DNA of 64,000 bases. Source: an uncultured Gammaproteobacteria bacterium. Lineage in GTDB: Bacteria > Patescibacteriota > Microgenomatia > UBA10105 > UBA927. Position 1 is the stretch's first letter, and each line of letters opens with the position of its first letter. Location: contig CAZPNL010000002.1 in assembly GCA_964588145.1 (NCBI GenBank), positions 4,014 to 68,013 of the forward strand. The letters run 5' to 3'. Made by a program: the position numbers and the translations under genes. This document shows positions 1 through 9,486 of this stretch, in pieces. The notes under the pieces are model-generated. The model saw only the letters and a program-made list of their open reading frames with translations. It was not told the origin of the DNA and made no database searches.

Positions 1-1
1 A

Positions 2-691
2 TCGAGGGTATTATCGCTCAACGATGAACTTTTTCCTCCAAATGCAGCTTCATATTACGGTGTAAGCTCACTAGATGGATATGACCCATTTATAGACGAG
101 CGATATATGGAATTTATTGCAGCGCTTGATAGAAAAGAGCCAAATATTGCAAAACCGTTTGGATTTAACCGTATAGTTCGAGCAAATAGTATGGATTCAC
201 CTCTTGTAGGGATTTCAGGAGTTAATTATGTTGTATCGCTAGCAGATATTAATAATTCTAATTTTGAAACTATTATTTCGGAGGGAAAGACAAAGTTATA
301 CAAGCGTCGTACGAGTGTTCCACAAGCATATATAGCTACAAATATAATTGTCGCAGGTACTTCTCAAAAACAAATAGAAGCGCTGCATGATAAGAACTTT
401 ATTCTTGGGCAGTCAGTAGTTGTAGAAGGTAATCTTGCCGTAAGTCAGGCGCCACTAGCACCTGAAGAGCAAATGAGCGTGGTGTCGGAAAAACAAGGAG
501 ATATGATTACACAAGCTAAGGTAGTTGTGCCAAGACTTATCGTTTTTACTAAACGTTTTGCTCCCGGATGGCATGTCACGGTTGATGGGTATACCGCTGA
601 GCTAATCCGTGTAAACTATATATATAGTGGCCTCCTTTTGCAGCCAGGTGATCACACTGTTCGATTTATCTATCATGATGGGTTATTTTAG
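2..691 (+). CDS. YfhO-like polytopic membrane protein, C-terminal part only (5' end lies upstream of the window)
   Basis: The frame of ORF 107..691 stays open back to nt 2 (SRVLSLNDELFPPNAASYYGVSSLDGYDPF...), so the listed ATG is internal. The tail 'FAPGWHVTVDGYTAELIRVNYIYSGLLLQPGDHTVRFIY' is the YfhO-type C-terminal pattern also seen in 2506..4851. Confidence 0.6.
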   Translation, partial: SRVLSLNDELFPPNAASYYGVSSLDGYDPFIDERYMEFIAALDRKEPNIAKPFGFNRIVRANSMDSPLVGISGVNYVVSLADINNSNFETIISEGKTKLYKRRTSVPQAYIATNIIVAGTSQKQIEALHDKNFILGQSVVVEGNLAVSQAPLAPEEQMSVVSEKQGDMITQAKVVVPRLIVFTKRFAPGWHVTVDGYTAELIRVNYIYSGLLLQPGDHTVRFIYHDGLF

Positions 692-709
692 CAAAAAGTT
701 GAGAATCGT

Positions 710-1624
710 ATGAAAGAACACACTGTATCTATAGTCATTCCAAATTTTAATGGAAAACATTTATTAGAAAAGCATCTGGCGCATATTGTAGATGCCGTGG
801 ACAAAGGTGAAATTATCATAGTAGATGATGGCAGTACAGATGATAGCGGGAAATATATAAAAGATTTTTTTCCCAAAATTACGCTGGTATCGCATAAGCG
901 CCAAGTAGGATTTGCTGGTGCCGTCAATGCAGGTGTTAAGGCAGCTTTTGGCGATGTCATCATACTTCTCAATACAGATGTTGAACCGCAAAAAGGGTTC
1001 TTGGCGCCACTTCTCAATCATTTTACTGATGAAAATATTTTTGCGGTAGGCTGTATGGATAAAAGTGTTGAAAATGGTCAAATTCACCTAAGAGGGAGAG
1101 GTATAGCGGAGTGGAAATTTGGATTTCTTCATCACAGAAGGGGTGAAGTTGATGCGTCAGATACCGCCTGGGTGTCTGGAGGAAGTGGTGCATTTCGTAA
1201 GGATATTTGGGAAAAGCTTGGAGGCATGGATGTACTATACAGCCCGTTTTATTGGGAGGATATAGATTTATCTTACCGTGCACTAAAAGCAGGATACAGG
1301 ATACTATTTGAGCCGAAAAGCATCGTCAATCACTATCATGAGCATGGAGCAATTCAAACTCAGTTTTCTAAGTCATTTGTGCGTCAGATTGACTGGCGAA
1401 ATCACTTTATATTCATATGGAAAAATGTTACAGCTAGAAATTTAATAATCGAACATATAGCAAATATACCACGTACTATATTTCAGGCGCTAAAAAAAAG
1501 AGATGTATCCATAATCGGTGGCTTTGTAAAAGCGATCTTTTTAATGCCTCATATTATAAAAGCGAGGAGATCTGTAGTGCAATTTTGGGCAATTGACGAC
1601 ACCTCTATATTTCTTGCAAAATAG
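710..1624 (+). CDS. Glycosyltransferase family 2 (GT-A fold)
   Basis: 304 aa. Motifs 'VSIVIPNFNGKHLL', 'IIIVDDGSTDDS', 'ILLNTDVEP' (DXD-type), 'SGGSGAFRKDIWEKLGG' and 'YWEDIDLSYR'. Starts 18 nt after the upstream stop. Confidence 0.85.
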   Translation: MKEHTVSIVIPNFNGKHLLEKHLAHIVDAVDKGEIIIVDDGSTDDSGKYIKDFFPKITLVSHKRQVGFAGAVNAGVKAAFGDVIILLNTDVEPQKGFLAPLLNHFTDENIFAVGCMDKSVENGQIHLRGRGIAEWKFGFLHHRRGEVDASDTAWVSGGSGAFRKDIWEKLGGMDVLYSPFYWEDIDLSYRALKAGYRILFEPKSIVNHYHEHGAIQTQFSKSFVRQIDWRNHFIFIWKNVTARNLIIEHIANIPRTIFQALKKRDVSIIGGFVKAIFLMPHIIKARRSVVQFWAIDDTSIFLAK

Positions 1625-1630
1625 ACACTT

Positions 1631-2503
1631 ATGGTCTGTTATTTTTGTAAATCCAAATCAAATCACTTCATAGATAAAAATGGCTTTGCCATCTACGTGT
1701 GTCCTGTATGTGGTCTGGGTCAGACACAGCTTGGTATTCCCTATGAGCAGTTTGTAGAGGAGTATTACGTTAAAGGTTATTTTTCTGGTGAGACAAATAA
1801 GGTCGCATATGTGGATTATGGGAGAGATAAGCCTCTTATTGTAAAAAACATGTCTCATGTCTTAGATGAGCTTGTCCGGGTTGTATCTGCCGGAAAATTA
1901 TTGGATGTTGGGTGCGCATATGGCTACTTTATGGAATTAGCAAAAGCTCGCGGGTTTGATCCCTACGGCATAGAGCCTTCGGCACACGCTGGGAGTCAAG
2001 CGCAGAAATTATTGGGTAAAAAAAAGGTACAAATGGGTAGGCTTGATGAAACCAGTTTTAGTTCAGGATCCATGGATGTTGTATCACTTCTAGATGTATT
2101 TGAGCACCTAGGGGACCCCAGGGCTGCATTAAAGCAGATTAATGCGCTTTTAAAGCCTGGAGGATACACCATGATAGCTACAGGAGACAGTCGTAGTTTA
2201 TTGCCAAGGATCTTAAAACGTAGGTGGACATTTTATATACCCCCACAACACCTCTTTTTCTTTCATAGGGATCTGATGGCTGCACTCCTAAGGGAGGCAG
2301 GATTTGAACCCGTAAAGGTATTTAGCGTGGGCAAATGGCTGAGTGTCGAATATGTGCTGCATTTAGCCCAAACGACTGGAGAAAGTAAGATCGCCGCTGT
2401 GCTTATGAAGCTGTGTCGAGCTATAGGAGTCGCATCCTTTCCTATATATATTCCCTCGCACGACAATATGATTTTTATAGCAAAAAAAGTTGAAAAGCCC
2501 TAA
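1631..2503 (+). CDS. Class I SAM-dependent methyltransferase with N-terminal 4-Cys zinc-ribbon
   Basis: 290 aa. 'CYFC...CPVCG' ribbon, SAM motif I 'LLDVGCAYGYF', 'DVVSLLDVFEHL' and 'LKPGGYTMI'. Starts 6 nt after the upstream stop. Confidence 0.8.
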   Translation: MVCYFCKSKSNHFIDKNGFAIYVCPVCGLGQTQLGIPYEQFVEEYYVKGYFSGETNKVAYVDYGRDKPLIVKNMSHVLDELVRVVSAGKLLDVGCAYGYFMELAKARGFDPYGIEPSAHAGSQAQKLLGKKKVQMGRLDETSFSSGSMDVVSLLDVFEHLGDPRAALKQINALLKPGGYTMIATGDSRSLLPRILKRRWTFYIPPQHLFFFHRDLMAALLREAGFEPVKVFSVGKWLSVEYVLHLAQTTGESKIAAVLMKLCRAIGVASFPIYIPSHDNMIFIAKKVEKP

Positions 2504-2505
2504 TG

Positions 2506-4851
2506 CTAATTGTTTTTGTGTAGTATATAAATAGGATATATTACGACAAGCAACATGAGAGTAAGTGTGCTGAGATATATCCCAATGTTCCATGATAACG
2601 GATTATAAGAAAGAGTTACATTGCTTGTATTTTGATCAATCAAAATTCCTCGTTGCGCAACATTTACCTGCAATATGTCTAGTGCCTTTTGGTTTTGATT
2701 TGTGGCTATCCAGCCTGGGTAAAACGTATCTGTGAGTATGAGTAGCGCTTTTCCATTTGTAGAGGTTTTAATCTGTACCTTATTAGGAGTATAGCTCTCG
2801 ATATTTGCTTCTCCAGTATTCGCATTTAGCGCAAGATCACTACGTTTTTCATCCACTATTGTATCTATATGGTAATCATATGAGGGCGCGTACAGTATTT
2901 TTGCTACCTTTTCATAGCCTGAGGCAAGTGTAACTTGCCCCACAATATATGTTCTAGGCGTCGCTTTTGTGTTGTTGTATATTTCCCAATTGCCCAATAT
3001 TTCAGCCTCCGTGAATCTATCAGGATAGGCAGAGAGTGGCGATATGCCATTTTCTACACGGTTGAGAAAATACTGCACTGACCACATATCCATCATGCGT
3101 AGTCTGGACATATTTGATTTGAAATCATCGTCTCCAAAGCCTGCTGGAATCTGTGCATCAGATCTATTTGTTCGGTCAAACAGGGAAAGTACAGTAGAGT
3201 TTTTGGCTCCATTGATAAGCTGACCATACCATTTTGGGTAAAGCGGATCGGTGCCGTCAGGTGAGTAATAATGCATTTGCGTGGCAAAGTTGGCTTCGAT
3301 GTAAGCACTTCCATACCCCCAGGCTCTGGCATATCCTGCATTTTCTAAAAGCCAATTGCCTACAGATGTTTGCGGATAAAAAAGTGATGTGGGTACAAAG
3401 GGATTGAATTTTTGAAAATGATACCAAAGGTCTGCAGATGTTAAAGCTATGCAAAATATGGATAATATTAGAGCAAGTCTCTCAATTTTTTGTCGTACCC
3501 AAAAGGCAAAAGATAAAAGAAGTGCACACGCACCAGCATATATAATCGCGTTTGATTTGACTTCAAGCAGGTGAATTTTTTGCAAAACAAAAAGTGTAGA
3601 AATTACTCCAAGTGTTATCATGGAATATTTCAACATGTTCCCCTTTGTGTGTAGCCACGACTGCATGCCCCAGCCTGCAGTTATGCTGATAAGAAAGCTG
3701 AGTAGAAATATGGAATTTCCAGGGTTACTGCTGGCAAAGAGTGGTATTTGCAATTTGATGATGAGTTCTGACATCGGGTTTCGTGTTGTGGTGAGTAGTA
3801 AAAATGGTATGGAAACAAGAAATAATTTTAGTTGTACATTCTTGTGCTTTTGAAAATACGCACTTACCGCAAAGATAAGTCCTACGATACCCATATACAT
3901 GGACTTGGCTGGATAAGAATCGTTAAAAAAATAGTTTCTCGAGGCAGGATTTCCAAAAATATCTTGAGAAATATACATGAGAAGTTGTTTGGGTTGTATA
4001 AGAAGCATTGTTATGACATCTTCAGGCGAGTGATTTGATCTAGCTGCATGGCCAATGAGTTCTATGGTAGGAAAAAGTTGTGGCGCTACTATGCACATTG
4101 ATAGAGCATAGCAACAGCCTATATAGATAAGTGATTTTTTATTGTTGAATAAACGTATACCAGCATATGTCACACTGGTAAAAATGCTAAGCCCATACAG
4201 TTGTATATGTCCTGCTAGAGCCGTATACACTAAAGCAGTTATGAGTAGCGGATAGCTATAAATTTTTCTTTTCACTATCTTCTCTATAGCAAAAAGGATA
4301 AGAGGTAAAAAAGCGATCGTGTGGCCCATGGTGTTGTACTCCAAAAATGTGCTCATATAGAGACAGTAGCCATATGAGATGGAGGCAAATAGAGCAGTGA
4401 GGCGCTTGAGTCCTATGCTTCGGGCGTAAAGAAAAGTGAATAAGCTTGTCAAAAGAGGCTGGAGTATAACTTGTATAGACCAGCCTATGGGAAGGGTTGT
4501 AACATAGTACAAAATATTGAAAGGATACAGTGCCGCTGATTGATGATTGGCAAGAAGTGGTTGGCCAGAAAAGTTGTACGGATTCCAGAGGGGCACGTGT
4601 CCTGATTTCCAGCGCTCGACCACAAATTGTCTCCATGGATAGAGCTCTCGAACGACATCAAAATACTGGGCTTTGTGTGGATATGCTCCAGGTTGGTAGC
4701 CTAAATACGATCCGAGTCTCCAAGGTTTATATTCGGCAATGAGTAAATCACCTGCAAAAGGCACATTTCCAAAAAAGATAGTTTTGTAGAAAAAAATTAC
4801 CCATACGAATACTAGTGTGAGGAGCGATAGCAATGTGGCTTTTGTATCCAT
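2506..4851 (-). CDS. YfhO-family polytopic membrane protein (GT-C-like)
   Basis: 781 aa with many hydrophobic segments. N-terminal 'FAGDLLIAEYKPWR...YPWRQF...GHVPLWNPYNFSGQPLLANHQSA'. The C-terminal domain ends 'TFYPGWIATNQ...VTLSYNPLSW' followed by a terminal TM helix. ATG confirmed at 4849-4851 (cat on the + strand). Confidence 0.7.
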   Translation of the reverse strand: MDTKATLLSLLTLVFVWVIFFYKTIFFGNVPFAGDLLIAEYKPWRLGSYLGYQPGAYPHKAQYFDVVRELYPWRQFVVERWKSGHVPLWNPYNFSGQPLLANHQSAALYPFNILYYVTTLPIGWSIQVILQPLLTSLFTFLYARSIGLKRLTALFASISYGYCLYMSTFLEYNTMGHTIAFLPLILFAIEKIVKRKIYSYPLLITALVYTALAGHIQLYGLSIFTSVTYAGIRLFNNKKSLIYIGCCYALSMCIVAPQLFPTIELIGHAARSNHSPEDVITMLLIQPKQLLMYISQDIFGNPASRNYFFNDSYPAKSMYMGIVGLIFAVSAYFQKHKNVQLKLFLVSIPFLLLTTTRNPMSELIIKLQIPLFASSNPGNSIFLLSFLISITAGWGMQSWLHTKGNMLKYSMITLGVISTLFVLQKIHLLEVKSNAIIYAGACALLLSFAFWVRQKIERLALILSIFCIALTSADLWYHFQKFNPFVPTSLFYPQTSVGNWLLENAGYARAWGYGSAYIEANFATQMHYYSPDGTDPLYPKWYGQLINGAKNSTVLSLFDRTNRSDAQIPAGFGDDDFKSNMSRLRMMDMWSVQYFLNRVENGISPLSAYPDRFTEAEILGNWEIYNNTKATPRTYIVGQVTLASGYEKVAKILYAPSYDYHIDTIVDEKRSDLALNANTGEANIESYTPNKVQIKTSTNGKALLILTDTFYPGWIATNQNQKALDILQVNVAQRGILIDQNTSNVTLSYNPLSWNIGIYLSTLTLMLLVVIYPIYILHKNN

Positions 4852-4944
4852 TTTATATACCTATTGTACTACAAGTGAAAACTGAGCTACTAAAGCCTGA
4901 AGTTTTCCAAAATATTAAAAAGTAAGGTACAATAAGAGCACAAA

Positions 4945-6222
4945 ATGAAATATTTTTGGCTTATAAATGCCGTTATCCTATTTGCCCTATCAATTCCTCT
5001 GGTAATGGGGTACCGCATACTACCCATAGAAGGAACACCCTATTGGCTTTTTGGAATATTTTTCCTCCTCAATTGTGTAAACATTCTTCTCAATTTATTG
5101 ACAAATATGTCTGATAAATATAAATACTTTCATTTTATTCAGGTGGCTTTGCCGGTAGTGATTCTGAGTATCTCCTTGGGCGGAGTGATGCTCACAGCAA
5201 TCGTAGATAGACACAATACCGCCCCTGTGTGGGGTGTCCATGACATCATCCTGCAGCAGGAGGCCGCAATTCGGTATATTGTAAAAGGTAAAAATCCATA
5301 TAAAGAGTCGTATTTTGGGACTCCTGTAGAAAGTTTTCATTACGATGAAATGGGCAAGCCTGCTACAAATCCTGCGCTGTATCACTTTGTAATGCCTCCT
5401 TGGTATTTGTTATCTAAGCTTCCTGTGTATGGAGTTGCAAACAAGCTGTTTGGGTTTTTTGATGGTCGTATGGCGCTTATGCTCGTTCAAATAGTTGCCC
5501 TGTACTGTGTGTACAAGCTTTTTAGAGAAAAAGCTCTTGGGATGACTGCTATGATTCTGCTTGCACTTTCACCAGCAAGCGTTAATTATTTTATCGAAGG
5601 CAGGAGTGATGCTGTGGCGCTGGGGTGGTTACTTGGTGCGATAGTATTAATAAAATATAAAAAGTATGCACTATCTGCGATTGTATTTGGGCTTGCTGTC
5701 ATGACCAAGCAGACTGTTTGGTTTGCAGCACCACTCTACGCTGTATTAGTTTGGAGTGCACAAAATAAATCAGTTATAAAATCAACAAGAACGCTTGGGA
5801 TTGCTGCAATAACGAGTTTGATTTTGGTTATCCCATTTCTCTTGTGGGACGCTCGCGCTTTTTTGGATAGCGTCGTTTTTTATCTTTCTGGTAACGTGTC
5901 TACGGGATACCCAATATCTGGTTATGGACTGGGTATGGTGCTCTATGGTGCGGGAATAATCAAAGACATTCACGCGTACTATCCATTTGCGCTATGGCAA
6001 TTGTTGCTCGGTGGTGGAGTGCTTACGATGGGTATGCGAACGCTTGTTAAAAAAACATCAATCTCAATGTTTTGGATAATATATGCTATCGTGCTATTGG
6101 CAGTTTGGTATACCAGTAGATATTTCAACAACAGTCATATAGCATTTATTTCAAGTCTTTTTGTGATAGGGGGACTTCTTCATATAGATGAACAACAGAG
6201 TGTGTATGTCAACAAAAAATAA
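4945..6222 (+). CDS. Polytopic membrane protein, DUF2029/GT87-like (GT-C-like)
   Basis: 425 aa with about 10 hydrophobic segments. 'IEGRSDAVALGWLLGAIVLIKYKKYALSAIVFGLAVMTKQT' resembles GT87/DUF2029-type mannosyltransferase-like proteins; this is a motif-memory assignment only. Confidence 0.5.
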   Translation: MKYFWLINAVILFALSIPLVMGYRILPIEGTPYWLFGIFFLLNCVNILLNLLTNMSDKYKYFHFIQVALPVVILSISLGGVMLTAIVDRHNTAPVWGVHDIILQQEAAIRYIVKGKNPYKESYFGTPVESFHYDEMGKPATNPALYHFVMPPWYLLSKLPVYGVANKLFGFFDGRMALMLVQIVALYCVYKLFREKALGMTAMILLALSPASVNYFIEGRSDAVALGWLLGAIVLIKYKKYALSAIVFGLAVMTKQTVWFAAPLYAVLVWSAQNKSVIKSTRTLGIAAITSLILVIPFLLWDARAFLDSVVFYLSGNVSTGYPISGYGLGMVLYGAGIIKDIHAYYPFALWQLLLGGGVLTMGMRTLVKKTSISMFWIIYAIVLLAVWYTSRYFNNSHIAFISSLFVIGGLLHIDEQQSVYVNKK

Positions 6223-7828
6223 CATTTCACTTATTGTACTTATTTGTATAGTTGTCATTGCATGTATCGTGCGTGTATGGAAAGTGACAAGTGATCCCCC
6301 CGCTTTATCATGGGATGAGGTATCCATAGGATACAATGCATACTCTATCCTCAAGACTGGCAAAGACGAGCACGGCAGATTTATGCCTCTGGATACATTT
6401 GTAGGATATGGTGACTACAAGCCGCCCGTAGCCATATATCTGACAGTACCATTTGTAGCAATATTTGGACTAAATGAACTAGCAGTAAGACTGCCGTCGG
6501 TGCTTTTTGGCACTGCTACGGTTTTACTTGTATATTTTTTAGTGCGAGAATTGTTTCGCTCTTGGCAAGAAGCATCCAAGGTTGCACTCATAAGCGCAGC
6601 AGTGCTTGCGCTTTCTCCCTGGCACATACAGATATCACGAGCTGGTTTTGAAGCAAATATCGCACTATTTTTTATAGTTCTTGGAGTCATTTTTGTCTTG
6701 AAAGCATTGACACGTCCCAAGATATGGCTGTATGCATGGGTGCCATTTGTTGGTGCAATTTACACTTTTAATAGTAGTCGCTACGTAGCACCGCTTTTGG
6801 GTGTATTGCTCCTTATTTATGCCCGTAAAGCCATCATGAAACAGAAGAAATACTTTAGTATTGGTGTTGTATTTTGCATTATTTTATTGCTCCCCATTAT
6901 TCCGCACTTGACCTCCAAAGAAGCTCGACTACGATTTGCGGAAGTAAATATATTTTCAGATATTAGCATTGTAATTGAGGCCAATCAAAGAAGTGCCACA
7001 GATGGAAACACCTGGTGGTCAGGGATCGTACACAACCGGAGATGGGGATATCTGAGGGCATATGTTGTGCATTATTTGGATAATTTTGAGCCATGGTTCT
7101 TATTTTTACGAGGGGATGGAAATCCCAAATTTTCTTCCCAAAGTGTTGGACAAATGTACCTGTTTGAAGCAATCTTTTTATTCATAGGACTCTATTGGAT
7201 GTTTCGGATCTATCCTACGCAAGCGAAATTGCTGACCTCATGGCTAGTGTTGGCTATTATCCCAGCAGCGGTTGCCCGTGAAACCCCACACGCACTCAGG
7301 ATTCTCAATAGTCTTCCTGTATGGCAAATATTTGTAGCGTTTGGAATATATACAGTAATAATGCAATGTAAGAAATATAGAAATATAGTATTTATTGGAA
7401 TATCCACTTGTTATGTTTTTGGTTTTACGTATTTTTATCACGATTACCTTATATATTATCCGGTAACATATTCTGCTGAGTGGCAGTGGGGCTATCGAGA
7501 AGCACTACATGCTCTAAAAACGAAGGGAACGCAAAGTGATCCAGTAGTTATGGCAGATGACATAGGCAGACCCTATATGTACACACTTTTTTATAGCAAA
7601 TACGATCCAGCTACATACCTCTCGGAGAAAAAATCCTATTTTGACGCAGCTGGATTTTACCAAGTGCAAAGCTTTGGCAGATATACGTTTGTGCGTGGTG
7701 CCCCAACAGAGCTTAAACCAAATGTCACGTATATTGTAAATCCATCTCATAAACCAGAAGGAGCAAAAGATATTGATACCATAAAGCTCCTCAATGGAGA
7801 GCCTGTGCTATCCGTATTTCAAATATGA
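6206..7828 (+). CDS. GT39/ArnT-like (PMT_2-type) membrane glycosyltransferase, paralog 1 of a tandem triplet
   Basis: 'PPALSWDEVSIGYNAYSILKTGKDEHGRFMPL', 'YKPPVAIYLTVPFVAIFGLNELAVRLPSVLFG' and 'LSPWHIQISRAGFEANIALFF'. Start placed at ATG 6206 (MSTKNN...); ATG 6188 is an alternative. Confidence 0.75.
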   Translation: MSTKNNISLIVLICIVVIACIVRVWKVTSDPPALSWDEVSIGYNAYSILKTGKDEHGRFMPLDTFVGYGDYKPPVAIYLTVPFVAIFGLNELAVRLPSVLFGTATVLLVYFLVRELFRSWQEASKVALISAAVLALSPWHIQISRAGFEANIALFFIVLGVIFVLKALTRPKIWLYAWVPFVGAIYTFNSSRYVAPLLGVLLLIYARKAIMKQKKYFSIGVVFCIILLLPIIPHLTSKEARLRFAEVNIFSDISIVIEANQRSATDGNTWWSGIVHNRRWGYLRAYVVHYLDNFEPWFLFLRGDGNPKFSSQSVGQMYLFEAIFLFIGLYWMFRIYPTQAKLLTSWLVLAIIPAAVARETPHALRILNSLPVWQIFVAFGIYTVIMQCKKYRNIVFIGISTCYVFGFTYFYHDYLIYYPVTYSAEWQWGYREALHALKTKGTQSDPVVMADDIGRPYMYTLFYSKYDPATYLSEKKSYFDAAGFYQVQSFGRYTFVRGAPTELKPNVTYIVNPSHKPEGAKDIDTIKLLNGEPVLSVFQI

Positions 7829-9471
7829 AAAAACGTATCCACACATATTATAAAATATTAATAGTTTTAGGTATTGCCATAGTATTGCGATTTTGGCAGC
7901 TTGGGGCTGTCCCAATCAGTCCCAATTGGGACGAGACTGCACTTGGGTATAATGCATACTCCATAGCTAGAACTGGACGAGATGAGTATGGGACATTTTT
8001 ACCTTTATCTATCCGCTCTTTTGATGATTACAAGCCGCCTCTTTATGTATATTTAACTGTTCCATCTGTTGCACTTTTTGGTCTATCACCATGGTCTACT
8101 AGGCTTCCTGCTGCGATAGTAGGGGTACTTGCTGTATGTGGCACCTATGTACTGACGAAAAAAATCCTTTCATATAGTCAACTAGCAGAGAAATCGGTTG
8201 AAAATATTTCGCTATTAAGCGCTCTACTGTTGGCAATTAGTCCATGGCATCTCCAGTTTAGTCGGGCAGCGTTTGAGGCTGGTATTGGCATAAGCATAAA
8301 CATATGGGCTGTATATTTCTTCCTCCGTGGATTAAAACAGAATAGGTTTTGGTATGTGTCTGCATTTCTTTTTGCCCTCAGCCTCTATGCATATCATAGT
8401 CAGCGTATATTTGCCCCACTGCTTCTAGGTCTTCTGTTGTGGACATTTTGGAAAGAGGTATGGAAACATTCCAAAAAGCAGACCGTGATGGCAATTTGTG
8501 TAGGAATCATCACAGTTACACCACTAGTGCCAGTATTTTTAAGTCCCACGACATTTACCAGGCTTCGTGGGACCAGTGCTATCGCAGATGAGACATTGCT
8601 GCTGGCCCCATCGGTGCAAAAATTGGAAGTAGCCCAAAAGACCCACGACATCATCGGTGAGATTGCAAACAATCGGAGAATTATTTTTGCAAAAACTATA
8701 CTGGATGGATACTTGAGACACTTTTCACTGGGATGGCTATTTATCCGTGGAGATAATGCCAGGCATCATGCGCCTGCATTTGCACTCATGTATCTTGTGG
8801 AGCTGCCATTTCTCCTCTACGGCCTCTATGTTACAACACGTACAGGAGGCAAGGTATCAAAAGTGGTTTTAGGATGGATATTGATATCCCCCATAGCAGC
8901 CTCACCTACGACTGAGTTGCCACATGCCATCAGAACACTTGTGGTACTGCCGATGCTGCAGATTGTTGTCGCGATGGGAATATATAGGGCATGGCAGGTC
9001 ATCGGCAAGCGTTCGACTCCTGTTAAATATTCAGCTGTAGGACTTTTTGCAATCACCTGGATATTTATGATTGCAAATTATCTCGATCTTTATTTCATCC
9101 ATCAAAATATCGAGTTTTCCCAGTTTTGGCAATATGGATATAAGGATGCAGTTGGTTACACGCAGGAGTATCGAAGTGTGTATAAAAAAATCGTGGTATC
9201 AACAAAACTTGAACAGCCACATATGTTTTTTCTCTTTTTTCTCAAATATGACCCCGAAAAATATCTAGCGGAGGGTGGTACTTCTTCTGGAGGATTTGCC
9301 GAGGTTAAAAACAGATTTGATATATATGAATTTCGACCTATACACTGGGAGAATGAAAACAAAGATGGCACGACGCTGTTTATAGGTTCGTCCTCAGAAA
9401 TTCCTACAGGAAATAAAAAAACGATTCGCTATCAAAACGGCACAGTTGCTATGCAAATTGCTGATAGGTAA
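7825..9471 (+). CDS. GT39/ArnT-like membrane glycosyltransferase, paralog 2
   Basis: 548 aa. 'SPNWDETALGYNAYSIARTGRDEYGTFLPL', 'YKPPLYVYLTVPSVALFGL' and 'ISPWHLQFSRAAFEAGIG'. ATGA overlap with the upstream stop (7825-7828). Confidence 0.8.
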   Translation: MKKRIHTYYKILIVLGIAIVLRFWQLGAVPISPNWDETALGYNAYSIARTGRDEYGTFLPLSIRSFDDYKPPLYVYLTVPSVALFGLSPWSTRLPAAIVGVLAVCGTYVLTKKILSYSQLAEKSVENISLLSALLLAISPWHLQFSRAAFEAGIGISINIWAVYFFLRGLKQNRFWYVSAFLFALSLYAYHSQRIFAPLLLGLLLWTFWKEVWKHSKKQTVMAICVGIITVTPLVPVFLSPTTFTRLRGTSAIADETLLLAPSVQKLEVAQKTHDIIGEIANNRRIIFAKTILDGYLRHFSLGWLFIRGDNARHHAPAFALMYLVELPFLLYGLYVTTRTGGKVSKVVLGWILISPIAASPTTELPHAIRTLVVLPMLQIVVAMGIYRAWQVIGKRSTPVKYSAVGLFAITWIFMIANYLDLYFIHQNIEFSQFWQYGYKDAVGYTQEYRSVYKKIVVSTKLEQPHMFFLFFLKYDPEKYLAEGGTSSGGFAEVKNRFDIYEFRPIHWENENKDGTTLFIGSSSEIPTGNKKTIRYQNGTVAMQIADR

Positions 9472-9486
9472 AGAGTATTTCGACAT

